A stretch of DNA of 64,000 bases, taken from an uncultured Candidatus Binatia bacterium. Its GTDB lineage: Bacteria > Desulfobacterota > Binatia > Bin18. Below, in pieces: positions 9,485-18,339 of this stretch. Under the pieces are notes generated by a model, which searched no databases, was not told the DNA's origin, and saw only the letters and a list, made by a program, of their open reading frames with translations. The stretch covers positions 159,077 to 223,076 of the forward strand of contig CBDDQA010000006.1 of NCBI GenBank assembly GCA_965232605.1, read 5' to 3'. The position numbers were made by a program, and so were the translations under genes. Every line of letters begins with the position of its first letter. The stretch's first letter is position 1.

Positions 9485-10036
9485 TCACCTGCCGGTCTTC
9501 ATCTTGAAGCGGAAGTCGCAGTACTGGGCGCCCTTCATGATCGTTTGCGTCCGGGTCATGGTGACCTCAGGACCGCCCACCGCTTCGATATCCACGTCCA
9601 TCTCACACGTCAGCAGCGCGCCCAGCTCGGGTTCTCCCAGTTGCCGGAAGAAATCCGCGTAGCGGCAACTGGTGATATTGAACTCCCAGGCCTCTGGCTC
9701 CCGCTTGAGCGTCTCAAGGTCTACATCACCGCCGACCCGTTTCAACATGGCCTCATTGATGGCGTCCCATTTCTGCCGGGGGCTACCGGAGAGCTGGCCG
9801 CCGATTTCCTGGTAAAGCTTGCCCGACCACTCCCGCAGGGCCTGGCTGGCAATCTGGTTCGCCCGCTCCTCGCCCAACTCGGCCCGAAAGGCGCGGAGCA
9901 GAGGCACGAGCACCTGGGCTTGAATCTGGACCTTTTCAAGCAGGGAGAGACCGATCTTGCCAAACGCCGGCGCAAAAATATCCGGAGTAGCGTCCTCTTG
10001 CTGCTCGTTCGCCTTCAGATCATCGGTACTCGCCAT
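9485..10036 (-). CDS. L-2-amino-thiazoline-4-carboxylic acid (ATC) hydrolase-family protein, divergent from Rieske gene 1.
   Basis: C-terminal pattern ITSCRYADFFRQLGEPELGALLTCEMDVDIEAV...TRTQTIMKGAQYCDFRF. AGGAGG RBS before the ATG at 10036. The tracked ORF has a spurious 5' extension. Confidence 0.6.
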   Translation of the reverse strand: MASTDDLKANEQQEDATPDIFAPAFGKIGLSLLEKVQIQAQVLVPLLRAFRAELGEERANQIASQALREWSGKLYQEIGGQLSGSPRQKWDAINEAMLKRVGGDVDLETLKREPEAWEFNITSCRYADFFRQLGEPELGALLTCEMDVDIEAVGGPEVTMTRTQTIMKGAQYCDFRFKMKTGR

Positions 10037-10250
10037 AGCATTCCTCCTGTATTCATGGGCTGCACTTGGGGCAGCCGAGTTATGAGAATACCAGAGCAAA
10101 CCTCTAGGGGGCATGTCAACGAGCGGAACGCAATTAGTTCTCCGCAGCTCTTGACACAATCGATTTGAAAGATGCAGAAGGGCTGTGAGAGAGCGAGAAT
10201 TGAACCGAACGATTCTTGAGAAGATCACGCCAAAATAGGGAGGGATTGCC

Positions 10251-11444
10251 ATGCAAACCGCGACGGAGAACAGACGCTGGTCAAAGGAATACCCCGAGTT
10301 GGGGACGGGACCCGTGCCGGCGGAATCGTGCATTTCCCCGGAGTATTTTGAGCTTGAACGCGAACGGGTCTTTCGCCGTACCTGGCTCAACGTGGGCCGC
10401 GTCGATGATATTCCCAACGCGGGCGACTTTTTCGTGCGCGAGCTGGCGGTGTGTAAAACCTCGATTCTGGTCATCCGAGGCAAGGACGGCGTCATCCGCG
10501 GCTTTCACAATGTCTGCTCGCACCGTAGCAACAAGCTGGTCTGGGAAGAGCGTGGGACCTGCCGTGGGGCCTTAGCCTGCCATTTTCATAGTTGGGGGTA
10601 TAACGCCCAGGGGCAACTCACCGGCGTCCCGGACGAAGAGAACTTCCACGATATCAATAAGAGCGAGCTGGGACTCACCCCGGTGACTACCGACATCTGG
10701 GAAGGGTTTATCTTTGTCCATCTGGGTTCACAGCCCCAAGAGACGCTCACCGACTATCTGGGTGGCGTGGCTGACCAGATGAAAGGGGCCGCCTTTCATA
10801 AACGAAAACACACCCACACGTATAAAGTTGAAGAGCAGGCCAACTGGAAGGTTGCCCTGGACGCCCAGAACGAGGCGTATCACCTGCCCTTCCAGCATCG
10901 CTATTCCTTTCCCGGGATGTTCGTCCTCAAAGACAACCGCTATCTGCGTCTCTCGGGTGTGAAGCTGTATAATCATCACGCGGTCTGGTCGACCACCTAT
11001 AATTCGGAAAGTACGCCGACGCCGACTGGGGCGCTCATGAACCAGCTCAATACGGCCACCACCAACAGCCGCCTGCCCATGCTGGGGGATTTCGACTTTT
11101 TTGTGATCTTTCCCAATTTTGTCATTCTCCAGTTTCGGGGCATCGAAGACGACTATTACATGACCTATAATTTCTGGCCGCTGGCGGTGGATCGCTGCAT
11201 CTGGGAGATCAAATTTCATTTCCCGCCCGCCGAAACGGCCGGCCAGCGACTCAGCCAGGAATACCTCAAACACCGCATCTGCGATGTGCTCCAAGAGGAC
11301 GCCGTGGCGCATGAGACCCTGCAAACCGGTCTGAGCTCGCGGGCGAAAACACATCTCATCCTCCAGGATGATGAGATCCAGATTCGGCATTTTCACAAAG
11401 TGTTGGAAGACTATATGGGGTTCTTCAACGGACGGGGGCACTGA
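10251..11444 (+). CDS. Rieske [2Fe-2S] non-heme-iron oxygenase alpha subunit (paralog 1).
   Basis: CSHRSNKL...CHFHSWGY Rieske motif. Catalytic domain with E..H..YH/D ligand pattern. Confidence 0.9.
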   Translation: MQTATENRRWSKEYPELGTGPVPAESCISPEYFELERERVFRRTWLNVGRVDDIPNAGDFFVRELAVCKTSILVIRGKDGVIRGFHNVCSHRSNKLVWEERGTCRGALACHFHSWGYNAQGQLTGVPDEENFHDINKSELGLTPVTTDIWEGFIFVHLGSQPQETLTDYLGGVADQMKGAAFHKRKHTHTYKVEEQANWKVALDAQNEAYHLPFQHRYSFPGMFVLKDNRYLRLSGVKLYNHHAVWSTTYNSESTPTPTGALMNQLNTATTNSRLPMLGDFDFFVIFPNFVILQFRGIEDDYYMTYNFWPLAVDRCIWEIKFHFPPAETAGQRLSQEYLKHRICDVLQEDAVAHETLQTGLSSRAKTHLILQDDEIQIRHFHKVLEDYMGFFNGRGH

Positions 11445-11767
11445 TGGCCGAAGTGCCTCTGCCGGAGCCGTTTCAGGGCCTTGAGCCGTTCAGGGTCTGG
11501 GCCCTGGCCACGGAGCGCGAGCGTCGCGCCAAGCGTCTGTCCAGCAGCATGGAGGAGATTCAGGCGTTCTACGACGCGCTCTTTCCCCAGTTGGAGGCCG
11601 TGGTTGCCTATCTCGACCAGTTTCCGCTTGACCAACTCCCCGCACAGGCGCAGCCGCTCTACTATCTGACGCTTTCGCTGGTGGAAGTCACCAGCGCCGT
11701 AGAACTGTATCACAATCCCCATATCTTTGAGGCCATTGAGCCCGCCCGCTTCCGGCGAGTGGAATAA
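11444..11767 (+). CDS. Conserved ~107-aa protein of unknown function, translationally coupled to Rieske alpha 1. Paralogs at 28840 and 35999.
   Basis: ATGA overlap with the upstream stop. Shared motif WALATE.ER...RLSSSM..IQ..YD.L.P..EAV..YL..FP. No Cys, so not a ferredoxin. Confidence 0.6.
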   Translation: MAEVPLPEPFQGLEPFRVWALATERERRAKRLSSSMEEIQAFYDALFPQLEAVVAYLDQFPLDQLPAQAQPLYYLTLSLVEVTSAVELYHNPHIFEAIEPARFRRVE

Positions 11768-11807
11768 ACCTCTCACGAACGGTTTTCATTAGAAAGGAGC
11801 AGCGGCC

Positions 11808-12581
11808 ATGGCTGGGCAATTAGACGCAAGGGTAGCGCTGGTAACTGGTGGCGGCTCGGGCATTGGACGTGCCTCGGCGGTGGTTTTTGCCAGAGAAGGC
11901 GCCAGAGTTGTTGTTGCCGACGTGGATGAGGACGGCGGACAGGAGACGGTTCATCTGATCGAGGCGGCCGGCGGAACGGCGCGGTTCGTCCGCGCGGATG
12001 TCTCCCAGGCGGCGGAGGTGGCCGCCCTGGTCGAGCAGGCCGTTGCCACCTATGGCCGTTTGGACTGCGCCCTGAACAACGCCGGTATCCAGGGGGACAT
12101 CAAGCAGACCGCCGAGTGCAGCCAGGAGAACTGGGACCGGATTATTGCGACCAACCTGACCGGTGTGTGGTTATGTATGAAACACGAGATTCCGCCTATG
12201 TTGAGCCAGGGCGGAGGCGCGATCGTCAATACGGCCTCGAACTTCGGGCTGGTGGGCTCGAACGGGATGCCGGCCTATTCGGCCAGCAAACACGGCGTCC
12301 TCGGTCTGACGAAAACCGCGGCCCTGGAGTATGCCAAGTCCGGCATTCGGGTCAACGCCGTCTGCCCGGGGCCGGTCCAGACGCCGCTGGTCGATAAGGT
12401 CCTGGCCGCCCAGCCCGAGCTGGGAGACCAGATCATCAAAGCCATCGAGGCCAGGGAGCCGGTGGGGCGCATGGGGCAACCGGAGGAGATTGCCGAGGCC
12501 GTGGTCTGGTTGTGTTCCGCCGCGGCCTCTTTTGTGACCGGAACGGCCATGTCCGTGGATGGCGGCTTTGTCACGCAGTAG
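11808..12581 (+). CDS. SDR-family oxidoreductase.
   Basis: TGGGSGIGRA Rossmann motif, NNAG, YSASK catalytic motif. Confidence 0.9.
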   Translation: MAGQLDARVALVTGGGSGIGRASAVVFAREGARVVVADVDEDGGQETVHLIEAAGGTARFVRADVSQAAEVAALVEQAVATYGRLDCALNNAGIQGDIKQTAECSQENWDRIIATNLTGVWLCMKHEIPPMLSQGGGAIVNTASNFGLVGSNGMPAYSASKHGVLGLTKTAALEYAKSGIRVNAVCPGPVQTPLVDKVLAAQPELGDQIIKAIEAREPVGRMGQPEEIAEAVVWLCSAAASFVTGTAMSVDGGFVTQ

Positions 12582-12604
12582 CACAACAATCAGGGGAGGG
12601 AGCC

Positions 12605-13435
12605 ATGTCCAGCCAGGCGACGAGTCGCTATGCCACCATTAACGGTCTCAGGCTCCACTATGTGGAGTGGGGCGATGCGCAGGCAACGCCTCTGGTCTGT
12701 CTGCACGGCTTACGGGCCTACGGCCACTGGTTCGATGAGTTGGCCGCGGTCGTGAGCGACCGGTATCGGGTCCTGGCCCTGGACCAGCGCGGACGGGGTG
12801 AGACCGACTGGGCCGCGGACGGCGACTACACGCGGGAAGCCTACGTCTCGGATGTGGAGGCCTTTGTCGAGACGCTCCAACTCGACCGGTTCATCCTGGT
12901 CGGCCACTCGATGGGCGGTCTCAACGCCATCCACTATGCCGCGCGTCACCCCGAGCGGGTGCTGGCGCTGGGCATCCTGGACATCGGCCCGGAGATTGAC
13001 CCCGCCGGCATGCAGCGCATACGCGCCGAACTGGGGGAGACGCCGGCGGGGTTTGACTCCTGGCCGGCGGCCAAGGCGTTTCTGCAGATGCGCCATCCCA
13101 AAGCCTCGGAGGAAAACCGCCGGACGCGCCTCACCTGGATGCTCAAGGAGGACGCGGACGGCAGGATTGCGTGGCGGATAGACCAGGCCATTTTCGACCC
13201 GAACCTGAAGCCTGACGATCCACAGCAGACCTGGGACCTGCTGAGTCAGATTCGCTGCCCGACCCTGATCCTGCGCGGTGGGGAGTCGGACGTGCTGAGC
13301 GTTGACACCTGTCAAAAAATGCTCACCCGCATCCCGGACGGTCAATGGGTCGAAATTCCCGGCGCGGGTCATATGGTGCTTGAGGATAATCCCGAGGCGT
13401 GCAACGCGGCGCTGCGCGACTTCTTCAAACGTTAG
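12605..13435 (+). CDS. Alpha/beta-fold hydrolase.
   Basis: GHSMGG nucleophile elbow. GGAGGG RBS before the ATG at 12605. The tracked ORF extension overlaps the SDR gene and is rejected. Confidence 0.85.
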   Translation: MSSQATSRYATINGLRLHYVEWGDAQATPLVCLHGLRAYGHWFDELAAVVSDRYRVLALDQRGRGETDWAADGDYTREAYVSDVEAFVETLQLDRFILVGHSMGGLNAIHYAARHPERVLALGILDIGPEIDPAGMQRIRAELGETPAGFDSWPAAKAFLQMRHPKASEENRRTRLTWMLKEDADGRIAWRIDQAIFDPNLKPDDPQQTWDLLSQIRCPTLILRGGESDVLSVDTCQKMLTRIPDGQWVEIPGAGHMVLEDNPEACNAALRDFFKR

Positions 13436-13443
13436 GAGAATCT

Positions 13444-14589
13444 ATGGCTGCACCGCTCGCCCTTCAGGACTTCTCAAAAACGCGCCAGGACCTGCTGCAC
13501 GCCAGGCATTTGCCGGGCGAGTTTTACACCTCAGCCGAGATTTTCCAAAAAGAGATCGAACAGATCTTCATGAAAGACTGGCTGTGCGTCGGCCGGGTCG
13601 AGCAATACGCCAAGCCGGGCGACTACCGCGCCCTGCGGATCGCCGGCGAGCCGGTCCTGATCTGTAAGGATAAGAGCGGCCGGCTGCACGCCTTTGCCAA
13701 CGTGTGTCAGCATCGCGGGGTCGAAGTTGTCCGGGGTGAAGGGAATACCCAGGAGTTCAGCTGTCCGTATCACGCCTGGACCTACGGGCTGAACGGCGAG
13801 TTGACCGGTGCGCCCTATAGTGCACCGGTCACCACCTTCGACTGGGAGTCCTGCCGTTTGCCCACGGTTCAACTCGATACCTGGGCGGGCTATATCTTCA
13901 TTAACTTCGATCCCCAGGCGGAGAGCCTGGCCTCCTACCTCGCCGTTGACCGCGTGCAGGAAGCCGCCGGGTTTTTACACGCCGAAGACACCCGCATCGC
14001 CGACGAATACACCTTTGAGCTGGACTGCAACTGGAAATTTATCCCGGAAAACCTGATGGACATTTACCACGTCGGCGTGATTCACGGCTCGTCTTTCGGC
14101 AAGGTCTTTCCCGTAGACAAATTTCCGTTCTCCCTGACCCCGCACGGCTATCACTCGGAGTACGAGAGCCTGACCATGGCCCCGGACGGCGCCTGGCTGT
14201 TTGGCAAGGCCATGCCCTGGCTGGAGCAGAAGTCGCAGTCCTTCGCCTTTACCATCTTCATCCGGCCCAGTTTCAATATGTTTGCCCGGCCCGACATGCT
14301 CCAGCCGTGGTTCTGTCATCCCATCGCGCCGGACAAAACGCGCATTACCATCCTGACCCAATACCCGGCCGAGTGGTTTGAGCAGCCGGCCTTCGAGGCC
14401 AAGAACGCGGTGGTCAAGGATTTCATCCGGCTGGTCGCCGGCGAAGATAAGGAGATGATGCTCTCGCTCCAGAACGGCGTCGGCTCCCGCAACTTCCGCC
14501 CCGGGCCGACCATGGGCCTCGAAAAGGCCATCCACCATTTGCTGAACTCCTATCTCGATCGCATGTTCGGGGCGGAGATGGCGAGGTGA
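13444..14589 (+). CDS. Rieske oxygenase alpha subunit from a different subfamily. No small partner gene.
   Basis: CQHRG...CPYHAW Rieske motif. AGGAG RBS before the ATG at 13444. Confidence 0.9.
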   Translation: MAAPLALQDFSKTRQDLLHARHLPGEFYTSAEIFQKEIEQIFMKDWLCVGRVEQYAKPGDYRALRIAGEPVLICKDKSGRLHAFANVCQHRGVEVVRGEGNTQEFSCPYHAWTYGLNGELTGAPYSAPVTTFDWESCRLPTVQLDTWAGYIFINFDPQAESLASYLAVDRVQEAAGFLHAEDTRIADEYTFELDCNWKFIPENLMDIYHVGVIHGSSFGKVFPVDKFPFSLTPHGYHSEYESLTMAPDGAWLFGKAMPWLEQKSQSFAFTIFIRPSFNMFARPDMLQPWFCHPIAPDKTRITILTQYPAEWFEQPAFEAKNAVVKDFIRLVAGEDKEMMLSLQNGVGSRNFRPGPTMGLEKAIHHLLNSYLDRMFGAEMAR

Positions 14590-14661
14590 GTCCATCGATT
14601 CGCCCGTCTATTTTGGGTGGGCGATAATGCGCCTTCACACGCATCGGGATAGGAGGCAAGC

Positions 14662-15555
14662 ATGGAGCACGAGCGTTTCAGTTATTCACCGATTGTCGAG
14701 CGTAAACCGCTACGGTTTCCGAACGGCGCTCGCGTCGCGGTCTGGGTGATTCCCAACATCGAGCACTTTCACTTCGACAAGCCTGCGACCTCGATCACGC
14801 CGGTCACGGCGCATCTGAAGCCCGATGTCCTGAACTACTCCTGGCGCGATTACGGCGTACGGGTCGGCATCTGGCGCATGATGGAGGTCATGGATCAATA
14901 TAACGTGCCGGGTACGGTCGCCCTGAATTCGGAGGTCTGTGCGCACTATCCGCAGATCATCGAGGCCGGCAATCAGCGGCACTGGGAGTGGATGGGACAC
15001 GGCACGACGAACTCGGTGCTTCTCAACGAGCAAACCGAGGTCGAGGAACGGGCACTGATCCGGGACGTGGTAGACACCATCCGGTCGGCAACCGGGACCG
15101 CCCCCAAAGGCTGGCTGAGCCCGGCGCTGAGCGAATCCTACCGGACGCCAGACCTGCTGGCGGAGCATGGGATCGAGTACGTCTGCAACTGGGTGAATGA
15201 CGAGCAGCCCTACCCGATGCGGGTCGCCCAGGGACGCCTGATCTCCATGCCCTACTCGGTCGAGCTCAACGACATCCCGGCCTTCCTTGAGCGTGGCATG
15301 TCTGCGGAAGAGTTCTACCGGATGATCGTGGATCAGTTCGACGTGCTGTACGAGGACGGGGCCAAGACCGGGCGGGTCATGGCGATCTGTCTGCATCCCT
15401 TCCTGATCGGTCATCCCTTTCGCAGCAAATACTTCGCCAAGGCGCTCGCCCACATCACCCAGCGCGAAGAGGTGTGGATTGCCAAGGGCGGGGAGATCGC
15501 AGACTGGTATACGACCCACTATCTGGATGGGCTTGATGAGAGGGGTCAAGCATGA
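14662..15555 (+). CDS. Polysaccharide deacetylase (NodB-homology, PuuE-like) family protein.
   Basis: Family-typical length and His/Asp pattern. The stop overlaps the next start. Confidence 0.8.
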   Translation: MEHERFSYSPIVERKPLRFPNGARVAVWVIPNIEHFHFDKPATSITPVTAHLKPDVLNYSWRDYGVRVGIWRMMEVMDQYNVPGTVALNSEVCAHYPQIIEAGNQRHWEWMGHGTTNSVLLNEQTEVEERALIRDVVDTIRSATGTAPKGWLSPALSESYRTPDLLAEHGIEYVCNWVNDEQPYPMRVAQGRLISMPYSVELNDIPAFLERGMSAEEFYRMIVDQFDVLYEDGAKTGRVMAICLHPFLIGHPFRSKYFAKALAHITQREEVWIAKGGEIADWYTTHYLDGLDERGQA

Positions 15556-15806
15556 AAACGCGTAAAAGCAAGGAGCTCGGACAGTACATCGTCGTAGACC
15601 CGGACATCTGTCATGGCCAGCCGACCTTCAAGGGAACCCGGATCATGGTCAAGAGCGTCCTTGAAATGCTTGTCAAAGGCTGGGACTGGGATCGGATCTC
15701 GGCGGCGTATGATAGCCGGATCGATCACGACGCAATCGCTGAGGTCCTCTCGCTTGCGGGCGAGGCTCTCATCGAAAAGGCTGAAGAACGGCAGCGGGCG
15801 GCGTGA
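15552..15806 (+). CDS. DUF433-domain protein (antitoxin-like), pair 1.
   Basis: Motif VDPDICHGQPTFKGTRIMVKSVLEML. Overlapping start and stop with neighbours. Confidence 0.8.
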   Translation: MKTRKSKELGQYIVVDPDICHGQPTFKGTRIMVKSVLEMLVKGWDWDRISAAYDSRIDHDAIAEVLSLAGEALIEKAEERQRAA

Positions 15807-16189
15807 ACATTCTGGATGAAGACATCAGCGTCCTCGAACGAGATAGGCTCCGCGCTCGCAAGATTCACTTCCGACAGATTGGTTTTGAAATCGGTCGTTT
15901 CGGGATGAAGGATCGAGACGATATCATCCCGTTGCTGCATACTCTTCGCCGTCCAACGTTTTTCACACGCGATCACGGTTTCTACCATCCCAGCTTGATT
16001 CATTCCGCTTACTGCCTCGTGTATCTTGACGTCGCTTTCGATGAGACCGCCGAATTCATCCGCCGTTTCTTACGGCATCCCGCCTTTCGTACACAGGCAC
16101 AGCGCATGGGAAAAGTCGTCCGCGTCCACCGCAACGGGGTGAGTTACCGGCAAGTGCACATGAAAAAGGCTCAGGCGCTCCGCTGGTGA
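15803..16189 (+). CDS. Divergent DUF5615-like PIN-like protein (putative toxin partner of the DUF433 protein).
   Basis: ILDEDIS...FFTRDHGFY...LVYLDV pattern parallels the canonical DUF5615 protein at 59592-59969. Confidence 0.55.
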   Translation: MNILDEDISVLERDRLRARKIHFRQIGFEIGRFGMKDRDDIIPLLHTLRRPTFFTRDHGFYHPSLIHSAYCLVYLDVAFDETAEFIRRFLRHPAFRTQAQRMGKVVRVHRNGVSYRQVHMKKAQALRW

Positions 16190-16327
16190 CCAAGCCTCTC
16201 GTGCTGGGTTCTGCAGTTTCATTCGAATATATGCACTAGCCTTCTTAATAACAGAAGGTTAAGACTAAAAAGCTTATAGTCCAAGCACTTAGGGCCTCTA
16301 ATCGACTATAATAGAGAAAGGAGAGCG

Positions 16328-18265
16328 ATGGTCTGGGATGATAAGCTAGAAGGAACCCATCGAGAAATTGCGGCTGAAGCGAGTTCACCCATCCAAGTGC
16401 TCGCTGGTCCAGGGACGGGCAAGACATTTGCTATGATGCGCCGTGTAGCCCGATTGCTCGAAGATGGTATTAACCCGGAACGTATCTTGGCAGTAACATT
16501 CACCCGTACCGCAGCCCGAGATCTCAAAGAACAGCTTTCCAACCTTGGTATCGAAAGCGCAGAAGATGTCCAGGCGGTGACACTCCATGCTCTCTGTTAC
16601 TCAATACTCGCAAAAGAAGAGTTTTTCGATGCTACGGGTCGTAAAGCCCGTCCCCTCCTCTCGTTTGAACGAGACCAACTCGTCAATGATCTATCTGGAA
16701 ATTTTCAAGGAAAGCAAAAAACGAAAGCCTTACTGGAGGCTTACGAAGCCGCGTGGGCACGCTACCAGTTCGAGGAGGCCGGATCACCCACGGAGTCTAC
16801 GGATCAAGCGTTCCAAAGCGTCTTACTCGACTGGTTGGGTTTCCATCGCTGTATGTTGATCGGAGAACTTGTCCCACTCACGCTCTCATATGCTCAACAG
16901 AATCCAGCGTTGAGTCTGTTACCAGAATTTGATCACGTGCTTGTTGACGAGTACCAAGATCTCAATAAGGCCGACCAAACGTTAGTTGAGACGCTTGGCC
17001 AATCGGGATCATTTGTTGTGATTGGTGACGATAATCAATCGATCTACAGCTTTCGGCATGCGAATCCAGAAGGAATACGGACGTTCCAGGACACCCATGC
17101 TGGAACGACAGCTTTCACGATTGACGAATGTCGGCGATGTCCTCCCAACATCGTTGAGATGAGCAATTCGCTTATCAGCTATGACCAGAGACGGTCTAGG
17201 CCCGTCCCTCTCACACCCGATCCTAGCCGCCCTCTTGCGAGTATCTATATTGTCCAACATCAAACTGCGGACGAAGAAGTTGGCAGTACCGCAGACTATG
17301 TAGACCATTATTTGAACGTCCATCCAGATATCAACCCTGGACAAGTCTTGGTCCTTGCTACGCGACGATTCATAGGAAACCGTATTCGCGATGCGCTAAT
17401 CTCTCGTCGAAGAAATGCCCTGAGCTACTTTTCTGAGGACGCGGTGGAGAAACCTGCCGCCGCGCAAGGATTTTGTCTGTTGACCTTACTCGTTTTTCCT
17501 GAGGACCGGGCCGCTCTGCGTGCATGGTTTGGACTCGGCCAAACGGAGAATGGATTCTCGAAGCAGTACGCACGAGTACGTGCACATGCACAAAATGAAG
17601 GTATAGAAATTCGTGAAGTCCTTGAGCGACTAAGAGCGGGAGCCATAACAATCGCCCATACAGCAGGGATTCTTGCCCGTTACGCAGAACTGAAGGGGCG
17701 CCTGAACGCACTTTCGTCTCTAAAAGGATTGGAACTCGTGAGTGTGCTCTGGCCTTCTAACGAAGAAGATTCCCGACATATACGTGTTCTAGCGGAGAAC
17801 TTAGCCATTGAAGACGGAGAACCGTCAGATCTGTTAGAGGCGCTCCGTCATGAAGTCACGCAGCCTGATTTACCAGACTCCACCGGTGATGTGATACGGG
17901 TCATGAGTCTCCATAAGTCGAAAGGGCTCACCGCGTCTTTGGTTATCGTCACCGGTTGCATGTCTGGCACCCTGCCGACCATTACGACGGGTGCCTCACA
18001 AGTAGAGAGGGATCGTCAATTTGATGAGCAGAGACGATTATTTTATGTAGCGATCACCAGGAGTACCAACACGTTGGTGATAAGCTCAGCGATAACTCTG
18101 CCAAATAGTGAGGCGCTTGCTAATGGCATCGACATTCTTCGAGCTAGACGTGTCAATGGCATCTGGACAGCTTGGACTTCAGCAAGCCCCTTCATTGCAC
18201 AGCTAGGGTCATCAGCTCCCAGCCCTCTAACGACAAGCTTATGGCGAGCCCAAGCTGGCTTCTAG
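16328..18265 (+). CDS. Stand-alone UvrD/Rep-like SF1 helicase (645 aa) in a lower-GC islet.
   Basis: Motifs GPGTGKT (I), TFTRTAA (Ia), LVDEYQD (II), VIGDDNQSIY (III), VMSLHKSKGL (V), YVAITRS (VI). Local GC is about 50% versus about 63% in the flanks. Confidence 0.9.
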   Translation: MVWDDKLEGTHREIAAEASSPIQVLAGPGTGKTFAMMRRVARLLEDGINPERILAVTFTRTAARDLKEQLSNLGIESAEDVQAVTLHALCYSILAKEEFFDATGRKARPLLSFERDQLVNDLSGNFQGKQKTKALLEAYEAAWARYQFEEAGSPTESTDQAFQSVLLDWLGFHRCMLIGELVPLTLSYAQQNPALSLLPEFDHVLVDEYQDLNKADQTLVETLGQSGSFVVIGDDNQSIYSFRHANPEGIRTFQDTHAGTTAFTIDECRRCPPNIVEMSNSLISYDQRRSRPVPLTPDPSRPLASIYIVQHQTADEEVGSTADYVDHYLNVHPDINPGQVLVLATRRFIGNRIRDALISRRRNALSYFSEDAVEKPAAAQGFCLLTLLVFPEDRAALRAWFGLGQTENGFSKQYARVRAHAQNEGIEIREVLERLRAGAITIAHTAGILARYAELKGRLNALSSLKGLELVSVLWPSNEEDSRHIRVLAENLAIEDGEPSDLLEALRHEVTQPDLPDSTGDVIRVMSLHKSKGLTASLVIVTGCMSGTLPTITTGASQVERDRQFDEQRRLFYVAITRSTNTLVISSAITLPNSEALANGIDILRARRVNGIWTAWTSASPFIAQLGSSAPSPLTTSLWRAQAGF

Positions 18266-18339
18266 ATCAGGATCAATACGTTGACAGCACCCTCACCACG
18301 TCATACGACTGCTGACAGCAAAAAGGGGGTGCGAGACCT

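Noticed and set aside
12512-12604. N-terminal extension of the alpha/beta hydrolase ORF overlapping the SDR gene.
   Set aside because: A strong RBS precedes the internal ATG at 12605. The extension overlaps the 3' end of the SDR CDS.
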